64,000 bases of DNA from contig OZ037767.1 in assembly GCA_964035545.1 (NCBI GenBank), forward strand, positions 7,636,581 to 7,700,580, read 5' to 3'. Below the pieces are notes generated by a model. It had not been told where the DNA came from. It ran no database searches and was given only the letters and a program-made list of their open reading frames with translations. The stretch's first letter is position 1, and the number at the start of each line of letters is the position of its first letter. The stretch comes from Bugula neritina (lineage: Eukaryota; Animalia; Bryozoa). A program made the position numbers and the translations under genes. Below are positions 46,201 to 58,200 of the stretch, piece after piece.

Positions 46201-49200
46201 TTACACTGTAAATAAGATGATCAATAATCAAGATATTAAATGTATTTAGCTAGTTTACAATCTTTCACTGTACATTTTATAAGGTTTGACAGAGAGAAAT
46301 GGGATTAAATAAAAGTTGAGAAAAGGCAAAAATGATTTGTGTCATGTGTAGCACTAGTGCACCTAAACTCTGAACTACTATCAAATCAAATCAATAAAGG
46401 CTGAAGGTTTACGAAAGGCCTAAATTACTTTTTCATTGTTAGTTTGTATATTAGTCACTATGCTATAACATTACTTTTGCTATTAGTATAAATATCATAC
46501 CACAAGGGATTCCATTACAGTCATCAGTTTGCGCATATATTCTGGCAAACTGAAAGATGATTTTTCTTCCCAAATCTACTTTCCACCATTTACCAGCATT
46601 AGACCGTCCTGTGTTAGAGTAGCTACTGTCTATTTTACCATCAATAGCAACTTCAGCAGACCAGTTACTGTCACCTCCTGTATAAGTTGACTCCTGATAG
46701 GCTGTGCCTCTAGTAGCATAATTTATTCCTGAAATCACAAACATATTATTGCATTGAATAGAACTATGTATCCAGTGCATAAAAAATTTAGCCAATATAA
46801 TATTTAAAGTAATTATTTATTGAAAATATTCTATACAAAAGGTTGCATGAAAATGTCACTAACAAAAGAATATGCATGTTTTGTGTGATCAAAATTGCAT
46901 TTTCTATTTAAGCTACCACTTAATATTTATGAAACTTGGTCAGCAATGAGTTTTAATATTTTTGGTAGATTAGGTAGCATCAAAAACTAATAATACTGGA
47001 AACCTGTAAAAGACTTCACCCCACAGCTTTGACGTAAAAATCAACTTTGCAATGTTAATACTTTACCATTAAACGTTTCATGAAGACAGTGAAAAACTGC
47101 CACTGAAACTAGCCTTTTAAAAATAAATAATTATGTCTGCTCTGCTTTGAGCAATAATTAAAGTTAGTTTCAATTGAAATAGCAGAATTAGGTAAGCTAA
47201 AATTTAGGTACCAAAGTTTGCTGCAGACTAGAATTAACAATGGAATAAAAAAATTCTCTTTTTCTATTTATTTCTAAAATACAGTGGATCTTGTTGAATG
47301 TGTGGCCATGATGTAGAGTAGTAAATATGAAATATGTTTGTGATATTTATATTGATTGATGTTTTAACTCATGGAGCAAACTGGTTGACTAATTTGATTA
47401 TTATTTAATAAAATATTTATTTGAAAAACAGCACGATGGCTTATTTTACAGAGAATAGAAGAGAAGAGGTAAACAAAAATACAGCGATTCTAATTATTGT
47501 CACGTGATTGTCATGTGATCAGCAATGGAATTGCATGATTGTTTGTCAACAGATCTCTAATCCAATTAACAACAACTTGTATGAGAGAAACATCAATTGT
47601 AAAAATATTGACCTAAAAATAATATGTTGAATTATTAAACTTATGTAACACATAACACTAGTTATCAAGGTTTTTTTTCAACAAAAACTACATTAACTCT
47701 ATTTTGTTAAGAAAAAGCCAGCCCCTAAAATATTGGGTGCATAGAGTTTTGCAAAATTGGAAAACGGTGAAGATTTCCAATGTAATAGCAACATCAAAGT
47801 TTTCAAAACACATATAAACAGAGTTTTATTCTTGAAAGAAGTACATGTGAATTATCTCAAATATTTCTACTATAATAAAACAAGAGAGCTCAACTAAAAA
47901 TGCTTTGCTAAAAATTCATTGAAAGAGCTCTTTGCCAAGGTTATTGATTAGACTGCTGTAGCAGTAGCAAAAGATAACAGGAGATTCCCACTTAGTTAAA
48001 AACGTACTAAACTAGGTGCCTAATGTTTTGTAACTAAAACACTGTGAATGCTGCCTATAGCTGTAAGAATTATACACAAAATATGTAAATGTTATAGACC
48101 ACTATCGTCAGACATTGGTTTTTATACTTGATTATTTTGTAAAACTCACTTTTCTTTGAGAAGATTTGAACTTCTTTAAGTGAGATAATTCCTGTCTGCT
48201 CTTTAGAAACAGCAATGTACTTAAACCTTCCTACATCACTGAGTTCAATGACATGGAGGTAGTTTATTGGATCATTCTGAGTAGAGATAACTTCCCAGTC
48301 AGATGTAGAGGGATATGAAGTAGTGGATACTGTCTCTTTGTTAGAACCCCACACAGTTATATTTGATAGTCTGTAGCCTAAAATATAATGTCTGCCATAC
48401 AAAACTTATACACTTATAACTCATTATCATATGTTAAATAGTGTTCACAACAACTACTGTTTGATGCTAAAACTGTGTTAATAAACTCAACAGGCACACA
48501 TTCATGCAGGCTTAGTGTTAACAACAAATTAAATTTTATACAGACAAACATCCTAAAGTGATGCAAATGGACATTCCAACATCATGCAGTTATGTTGTAC
48601 ATAAAAAATGATTTTTAATTAAGAGTTATAAAACAATGCTGAAATATGCTTTTCTATATATGTACCGCTAAATGTTAAAGCAGTTTTTAATCATGTTTGG
48701 TTATTGTAAAAGTTTTATATCATAAATGTTTTGAACTTAAAATTTGTTTTCAGAGAATAAACTAATAGAGAAATTGAAGTCACATAGAATTTGTAAGCTT
48801 TAGAAAAAGAAGCTACACATGCAGTACACCATTTGAGGAAATTGAATTTTAGCAGGTAAATTAAACAGTGGTATCTATTTTAGTGAACAATATGCAAACC
48901 TTATAAGTTGCATTTTGTCAATTTATATATGATGTTTTTTTCAGGCAAGCTGTGTCTACAGTAAATTCTTGGCTCTAAAAAACAGTCACTTTGCCAAAAC
49001 CTGTGTTACTGGAGAGGTCATTTTGTAGACAGCAAAATAAGATTGAAGGCGCGCATGAAGTAGCGCTTAATATAGCGAAGAAGATTAAATGCGACAACAA
49101 GCCTAACTCCCTTATGTCATACAATAGTAATAGTTTGTTTGTTTGCTTTTATTTTGTCGCAGTCGAAAAAAATTAATTGAGAAAAAATAAACAAAATGAC

Positions 49201-52200
49201 AGGGCCTATGACGCAATAGGATTGTAGCTAGTCGAGGCACCGTAGTGTCAGCCATGTAAATATACTAGACTTGGCTAGCAATTTATAGGTCAATAGATTT
49301 ATTGAACAAAGTCAAGATGACAAATTAAACAAGATATTGTCATTTTAACTTAAACTCATGCAAGTTGATAGTCACCATTCTTGTTGTAAACCCTTGATAG
49401 GATGGGTTTTTGTCAAATTTGGCTATAAAGACTTATTATGAAAGGGCACAAAAGAAATTATGACTGGATGCTTTTTTAACATCACCAATGACTTACATGT
49501 ATGTCAGGTTAGAACCCATGACGTCATGTTTACTGCGCAAACAATCTATAAATCCATAGACCAAGGCTGCTCTTTATTGTTGTTTAAGCATACTTTCCTA
49601 ATATTCTCAAAAGCTAATAATTAGTATCACATAGTTTTTAAAAGAAAAACCATTTATAGCACAAAAAAACATGATAACTCATTAGTGTTATAAAAAGCGA
49701 TTAGGCCTATATAAATGAAAAAGTAGGGGTAAGAGGGGGCGGCACAACAGTATCATATAGGGGTACAAAAAGCCAAATTGTGAGAAAACCTATTAACTTA
49801 GAGTTGTGATTTTCTTTTCATAAAAAGGTATTGACATAGTTATTCAGCCATTGTAGTTTCAACATTTGTGAAACATACGTGTTGAAAAAGCAAGTAAAAC
49901 TGGTTTTACCTATTTTTTGTAAATTTTTTAAGATTTTTAAGCTTTACAACTTTTTACACTCAAAGGCAAAAAGCCTATATTTTACTAATATTGTTGCCAT
50001 TGCTTGTTTTTACATTGCTTAACTAATATAACAGCAAACTCTAAAATAAATTTTTCTTGAGGCACATTTATTTTCAATTTTGCCACACGGGGCACAATGA
50101 GCCATGCTGACCGGGGCACAACTGACCACCTGATTATTACACCCTGATCACTGTTATTAGTTTGTTTGCCCAAAAATTTGGTTGAAATGTTACTAAAATC
50201 TATAGATATAGCAATTTTTGATTTGTTTGTAAAATATCAGAGACATCATGGTAAGACTACAAAACTACAAGTTGAAGCTCCCTTAATATATACATCTGAT
50301 GAGGTTAAAGCTTTGCCATTTTATACTTAATGCAAAACACTCTGCAGTTGTTATTAGTAGATAGTCATGATATTCATTATATATTGAGAGAATATTCATC
50401 TATTTGACTAAAATAAATTGTGATTTGCTCATTTTCTTCCCCCTTCTCCCTTTCGTCATGAAAATTTAATTATTCTGAAAGTTGTGAGGGAGATAGAAAC
50501 CAAAAAATATTACTTGTAATAGACAACATGCAGATGCAGCATTAAGACTAAAGATTATTGAACTAGTAACTTGAAAAACAGAAGAATAAGAGCAAAAAAT
50601 GCAAAATTCAACCTGTTGTGCCCCGCCCCCCCTCCCATTACCCCTAATGCTTGCGCCGCGCCGAAAGACAATTAACTTCTAGCTATAAAAGTTGTTTTTT
50701 ATGACAGAATAAACAAAATATTGCAATAAAGTAACTAATAAAGTTTTTTTTACCTAGCTGATAACAATGAAATAACTGACTTAAATTACATAATTACAAA
50801 ATATTAACACTTATGTTGCAAATGTAAACTATCCTGTTGCATTGTGAAACTTAAGTTAGTAGCATGTAATAAAGAGGTCAGTAGAATATGAGTAAAAACA
50901 CATGACTATTTATTATGGTAATAATCATTATTGGCAGCATTAAATATAATATTGACGTCATTATTATTATGATTTAAAATACAATGGTGAGCTTATAACT
51001 TTCGAAGCAAATTTTTGATCTTACAGCATGTTTTCATCTTTCAGCATACAAAATGAGGGCAAAAAGTCCTAAATGTCAAAAACTATGCTGCAGGAGTAAC
51101 TCGAGAAGTTTAATGCCGGCTTATATGAAAAATTTTTGAATATCTAATATTAAGGAAATTAATTTTTGTGTTGGTTTCACATGCATGTTACTAAAGACTT
51201 ATGATATATACTAACAGGTGTCAGTAAATAATTTTGTTAAGTCATATTACTTATTGTATATAATAAAAAATACAGTGTTAACAACTTGTTTTCAGAGTAT
51301 AGAAACTAATTTGTCATGTCAACTTTAAATTACAATTATGCACTATATAATCAGATAGGTAGTGGATTGTCTTAAATCAATCAAGAAACAGTATGAAGTA
51401 AATTCAATGTCTTCCATATTTGAACTGTTTCTATCACTTGCATAAAATATTAAAATGCATATGTATGCTGTATGCAGTATATCTATCATTCTACAAATAT
51501 ATTAGTCATATAGTCAATGAATGAACAGTAAAGATACTCAATATTTTTGTGAGTGAAAAACTTTTGAAAATTGATAAGCCTCGATTAAGTTGCAGAAGTA
51601 CAGTAATAAATCTTATAGATAAATGTATGCTTTTATGAGCCAAAAAAGTTTCTGTTTGCTATACATAATTACCTTTGAGCAGGAATATAACAACTCTATA
51701 AGTTGTTGAGTAAACAATATTAACGAAAGCAGATACTTACGGTATTGTCCCTGTCTATTGAAGAGTTCAATCCACTGAACAGTATACGTGTCTCCTAAAT
51801 CAACCATCCAGAATTGTCTCGACTTGTTTTGTGTATGGGTCACTAAATTATCAGATGTATCATTAGCAGCTATTACTCCATCAACACCATAACTTGAAAA
51901 ATGGTCGCTTGCAGATTCGATGTAGGTGCTGCTTTGACGTGTAGTTTTTCTGTACGCCAAATTATCTAAAAAGTACAAATAATGGAACAAATTAGTTGGG
52001 TGCCTCTACAAAAATGGGCAACCAAAGGACATAATACTGTTGTTGCTATATATACATCACTGTTGAGCCAACATTCTACTGTTAACAAAGCTGCAAATTT
52101 CAATTTTGTATCTGAGAGAGGGCCTCTCTTAAAAAGAGTGAATATAAAGGGGTTGGTTGAATTTCAAGAAGACATATTGAAATTTGTCCTACCACTAGCT

Positions 52201-55200
52201 AGAGACCTGGCCACGCTTGTGAGAATCACATGAAAATTATGTGACGATTTTTGTGAGTTATCCTCTCGTTTTGACCAACTACACACTTGTCAGATGAAAC
52301 ACATGCATAATAGTCAATGAATGAGTCTTGCACAAGATATAAACAATAGGAAATTGCCCAAACAGAAAAACGAAATAGAAATGAAATAATCACTGTTGCT
52401 AAAATTCTATTGAACAATCAAATTGTTTGTGATTTTTTGTTCATCATCTTTGTTGGCAGTTGGATCTCAAAGAGGGCGGTTGTGTTTTCAATGCTTTCTG
52501 TATTCTAGTCTCTAGCTTTAATGCTTTTACGGTTTACATTGTGGTGCAGTTATTTCAGCCTTTGTTTATGCTGGCTTATAATCTCCCTTATCTACAAGCC
52601 AAAAGGAGTGAAAGGCTTTGACCATATCATCATGGATTACCGAGCTCTGTTGGATATCAAAAGCTCCATGGCTTGACATCAGCTGAACGATATTTAGAAC
52701 ACTAACTACAAGTTGTGCTAACTACTGCGGGTTCTATAAAAAAAAAACTCAAAAAACTTCATGGTCTGCTTAAAACAAAACAACTTAGTAACCAATCTCA
52801 GTTAATTTGTGTAACGGAATCCTGGCTTACTCCATAAGTGCTACGTTCAAGAACTGAGGTTAAAGGTTGTGAACAGTTCCGTGTGGACAGACCTCTAGAT
52901 GCTAGCGGTAAAACCTGTGGAGAAGGCATAACACACATTTAACAAATAACAAGAAAAACAACTATATGGTAGCCATGCAGCAATAAAAAAAAGCAAAAAA
53001 AATTGTACACATAAATAAAGGAAACAGAAAACAACAAACATATACATAATACTACATGCATCCGCCACTATTGTCAGGTAGTTGTAATGCTCATTGCCGG
53101 TCACCAGCTTGGCTCCGCTCCAGGCGACTCATGCGCCTCCTTAGTTGCCCTAATTCTTCCTCGTATCTGCGTAGCCGTCTGTGTAGGTGCCGCACCTCCT
53201 CGTCTAGCTGAGCCGCCGTCTGACGTCTGGGGCGGTCAGTGGCACCATGGCTGGTCCGTCGCCTCTGCTTCTCGCTCGTCGGCGAGGGTCGGGGGCCCAG
53301 GTCCGAGAAGTCGGCCCTAGCGCCTGATTCGACCAGTGCCAGCACGATGCGAAATGAATGGGTGGCTGCCGGTTGGGATGTTGCGACGGACTCCCCCACT
53401 TTTTCCTGAACAGGCCGACACGCGGGGAATCCCAGGGCGAGAGCAGCCTGTTTATGGGGATCAGCCACGTGTGGCAACACCAGGTCCCGAACTTCGGGAA
53501 AAGTAGCCTGGTCTACAGCAACTGTGTAGCCCGTGTTGCAGCGAGATATGCGCTGGTGTCTTAGCACATAATCCCGCTGGTAAGAAAACTCACCACACCG
53601 GCAAAACACGTTGATGTAGTGCTGAAGGGCGTGCACTCGCAAACGCCGTGCAGAAGAGAATTTCTTCTGGCACTGGTGGCAGATGCAGTTGCCCGGCTCA
53701 CCGCATGCCTGACCAATCTTAAGATTGGTAGCTCCAAATATCCAATACTGGCGGGCGACCAGGGCCCGAGGCAGGGCCAGTTTTGGGGAATCGTCTTCCT
53801 CTCCTGCGGGGTGGTCGCCGTGTAGGATGCCCTGCTCCTCTCCGGCTGCGAGCTGAAGCTCGACCGGTTTGGGGTCAGGGCCACTAATGCTGGAGGAACA
53901 CACCTCAGAAGAGGGAGTGGCCTCCTGCTGGCTGTGGGGAGCCGGAACAGGAGCTGGTGGGGAAGGGGAGTCATATCGACTGACCTACTTGGTATCCATA
54001 CGCTCCTCTGAAACAGATAGTAGAGGGCTAGAGGCTGTGATAAGCCGGTCTCACTATCATCGCAATTCGGCATACGTTTATATGGAGCCAAGTTGTAAAC
54101 TGGGTGCTGAGAAGAGTCGCAGTGAGTAATCGAGCCCACGTCTTGACCCAACAAAAAATCGAGGGCAGGTTCATCTCCGAGATCCATCCCAGCCTCCGGT
54201 TCTAAGAAATTAGATCCCAGTGAATCTAATATTGAGTAGTATATATCAGGTTGGTTAGACTCCGTATTTGGAGAATCTAGCCTTAAAGAAGTACCTGTTT
54301 GAGCATCTGGTAATGTAATCCCCATAACTGATGACAGAGTCTGAATGATAGAGTTCAAATTAACTTTCGAAGTATCAAAGTTGGAATTCAGTTCAACTTG
54401 TGAATTGCGTGCTAACTGCGTGATGTCAGAAGTAAAAATGGCTGAACCTCGTGCTTCAGAGTTAATACCTGTTGAAGCCCAAGTTGCGTGACCCATACGA
54501 ATTTCTACCGGACTTCGAAAAGACAACTCGTGCGATCGCGAGTCTCGCGAAATTCGGCCTGAAATATTTCCTTCTTGGTGTAATTCTCCGGGGAAATGGA
54601 GGGAATTTCCGACCAAGATGGGGTGGTCACCAGTACTGGGTGGGTTATCATCATGAAGGGGTAACTTTAGATGCCCTACAGCATAATCTGCCAGGTATCT
54701 GGGGAGTTTTCGTGACCGCTGGCTCCTCTCAGTTGGAACAGGCCTTGATGGTGCCAGTGGTTCCTCGGCTGCCATAGTAGGGGGCCCTGCCTTCACTCAT
54801 CATGCGGGTTGGGGTGTCCTGCCTCAAGAAGGGTGGTTGCCCTAGGGCCTGTTGCTGCTCTCGTTTCTACTCCTCCCTTTGTTGTTGTTCCAGCTGCTCC
54901 AGCAAGGCGGCCTGCTCCTGATCCGCCTCCCTTAGGACGACAATTTCTGCCTCCCGGGACTGGGTGGCCTGTCCTCGACGGTTGGCCTGGCGGTTATGCT
55001 CCAGGAGGGGTGGAGCCTGACCCACCGCTACTCTGTGCTGGCATGGGAAGGTTTCAGGCGTTGCTCGATCTGGACTGAGATTTATCCAGAGCGCTCCACA
55101 CGATACGTTTGGTTAGGCAGTACGTCGGCTCACCTACTCTCTTTCTCCGGGCCTAGACGTCGGGTTGGCTGCCTGATGGGAGTGGTGCCGGCTGCCAGAG

Positions 55201-58200
55201 GTATCTCGTGAAAGATAACCTTAGTCAGCCCCATGTCTCCATCGCCACGACTAAAGACATCACTGCACTCTGTGGGTAGTTGAGCCAGTGCTTGACGTTC
55301 AGTACTACTCGTACAGTTACCATACGCTCCAGCATACAGGTCAGCCATATGCTCCAGGACTGCTCCTCGACTGGTGCGGGGGGTTTCCCAGGGTGTCGGC
55401 CACTGTCTACAGTGCCGGACCCACACCCGCCTCCTGGATGGAGTGGTACTACCCCACCAGCACTCCGGCCGATAATTGGACAGGTTCCGTGAAGAGGTTA
55501 ATACACTGCACGAGGAGCTCTTGCCGGCAGTCTAGCCGATTCAGGCTGTTTGCTAGTCGAATCGCTCAGTGCGTTCCCTCAACCACCTCCAGGCCGGGGT
55601 CTTCCTTGCAGGTGACTCTGCAGTGGAGAGTTGCCTGGGATCCTCCTGGAACAGTGCAGTCCCGCACTACCTGGACTCCACCCACCAAGGGCCTGCCGAA
55701 CTTGTCAACACAGACAAGTTCCCTCCCAGCATTCACCACCACTGACTTCTGGAAATCCATGCGAGACTGGTGTTTCTCCAGAAACGGCATTTCCAGGATG
55801 GCGTCCTCATTCAGCTGGCTGACTATGAACGTCTCGTGAATTGGTTGATTACGGACGCGTCCAGACAATGAAATGACACCCTAAAAAGGAATGCATGATC
55901 CGTCCGCCAACGTATCATGCGCAACTTCATCTGGCTCCAGGCTCGCCCATTCTCAGGCACCAAGAGTGTCAAAGAGACGCCTACACAACAGGTTGGTAGT
56001 GCACCCAGTATCCAGTAGGAATGTGGCAGCTTTACCCGAAATTTTTCCGTGCAGGAAGTAGCTGCTTTCATACGGCTGGGTGCTTCTGGAGCGGTCAGTC
56101 TTTGGGGGAGACACAACTTTGGTCCGCACAGCAGGCCTCCTTTGGGTCGTCTTGGAGACGACGCCGGTTTTCTGAGATCGGGAGGGCAGCTTGGGGTACT
56201 TTTGCGAGTAAGCTGAGTCTTCTTCCATGACCTCTTCTGGCAACCCTGCAAACCGGTTAAGGAGTGGCTAGGCCGGAGCATCGGGTAAACCTTGCGGTCT
56301 CCGAGATCTCCGTGGTGCCTGCCACTCGGTATCGGCAAACTCTGGGGAGGTCTTTTCTGTTACCCTCCAAGTCCTATCCCGAACGAGATTGGTATGAGGC
56401 CTACGAGTGGCGGAAGTTACCGTGGGCCTCGGGGTTTGAAGATTTCTGGCCCTTAGGGCAGTGCCTTCTCACATGTTCTTGCATCCCGTACTTCCAACAG
56501 GTGAGCAGAGAGGGGCGGACAGGGTCGTCCCGCAATCGGGGAGCCCGTCTGTTCGCCTGGTTGCGTTGTAACTCCATCACCATAGCCTGCAGGCCTTTCA
56601 TCATCTTCATCAATATGGTGAGCTGCATGTGCTCGGGCAATGGAGTTGCTGCTGTCGCCACCTGTGGGGTTGGAGGTGAGGGTGTCTCTTCTTCGTCTTT
56701 GACCACCTGGCAAGCTGTGTAGCTCGCCCTCCGAGGCTCTTCCACCTGGAAGTAGGCCTTCCCCATCTCCAGTGCTTCTTCTACGCTGCTGACCTTGGCG
56801 GCCAGCCAGTACCGCTGTAAATCCGGGTAGTTCACGCTGCGGAAAAACGCGTTATAAACGAGGCGATTCCGGTCGTCGCCAGTGGCGTGACCGAAAGCAG
56901 CCTGAGCCAGGTGCTCTACCTCGTTCGTGTGGTCTTCCAGAGGTGTCCTCCAGTCTCTCCTCATTATTTGTAGTTAGTCTGATGCTTCCTCGGCCGTCAG
57001 GCGGAACCGGGTCCTGAGAGCCCGCGTGATGTGGGCTTTATCGGGTCCAAAAGCGAAACTCTTGGCCCGGCCTTTCAGACAGGCCCGAAATTGGAGGATA
57101 CGCACCCGAGCTGGCAATTCAGCAATGGTGACCACATCCTCAAACTCTCAGATAAACTGTTCCTCATTTCCTTCTCCTCCGAAATTTGTTAGCTGGAGGG
57201 GGTACCTGTCACCAGGCGGTGCCTGACCTTGCCCCTGCAACCTCTGGATGGCTGTGACCACTGCCTCGACAGTGAGGGTTGGTGTTTCCTCTGCCTCAGG
57301 GGCTGGGTCCCCTGGGGCCATCTTGTCCTTCTTGGTAACTAGCTATTCGAAAATCCCACCGCTGCCACCAATGGGATAAAACTGCGTGTTTGAATGTAGC
57401 TAGTTACCTTGCATGCTTGTTGTGCAGAACAAGTCAAGAAATTGAGTATAAGTGATAATAACTTTATTGAGTAGATAATTATGGTAGGTCTTCATCTAGC
57501 GAGCTCCAGTAGTAGACTGAACTACACTGGAACTCGCTGGCTTTTATATGCATGCCTTAAAAAGATATTCCTTTGTTGCCGAATATCGGCACTTCAGGAA
57601 TCCGAAATGCCGAATTGGCATCTCGGCACTTCGGTTGTCCGATATGCCGATTCTCGGCATATCGGTGTTTCGAAGAACCGAAGTGCCGATCTCGGCAACC
57701 AAGGACACACACACACATAACATAACTCTACCACAATTCAACGTCACTTCCTACTTTTTGCTGGCTACACTACAGTTCACACTACAAATGCTGAACGCTA
57801 ACTGTCTCTAGCCCCGCAGTAAACTTTTAACCAATAGAAATGCGATAACTCATTTTTTTGCAGTATCCACAGTAACCAACAATCAAATTTAGCACAATTT
57901 ATTGAGATTTACTGGCATAATTTATAAAAAAATATTAGGTAATTTTATTTTAATTCACTAGTTTCAGTTATTCAAAATTAGCCTACTAGCTTTATTTGAT
58001 GAGATTATTTAGCTTTATTTAAGCCCATTCACCAGCCTAAAGAGTTGAATATGCTAGTGAAATTCAACCATAAATTAGCAAACTAAATATGCAAATAAAA
58101 CTTAGCAAAATTTATCTAATAAATACCAATTTTTATAATTTATCAATATTTTCATACATAATTTAATCATGATTATTTAAAAAGTAAAATGATAAAATTT

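Larger units (their letters stand above)
52931..57871 (-). mobile_element. Gypsy remnant G4: 5' LTR, PBS, gag, protease, [RT-RH-IN core deleted], IN tail, ZnF/coiled-coil region; 3' LTR lost
   Basis: LTR 57372-57871 (TGTGGATA..TATCCCA, AATAAA); PBS TGGTGGCAGCGGTGGGAT at 57353-57370 (tRNA-Leu 3' end); gag ATG 57321 with degenerate CCHC knuckle; protease LLDTG; junction at ~55122. Confidence 0.92.

Noticed and set aside
51982-52233. 83-aa plus-strand ORF with a similar sequence at ~19720-19970
   Set aside because: The paralogous copy lacks the ATG and has indels; similarity is explained by the duplication.
57353-57370. Match to a tRNA-Leu 3' end
   Set aside because: Only 18 nt including CCA, adjacent to an LTR: a primer-binding site, not a tRNA gene.
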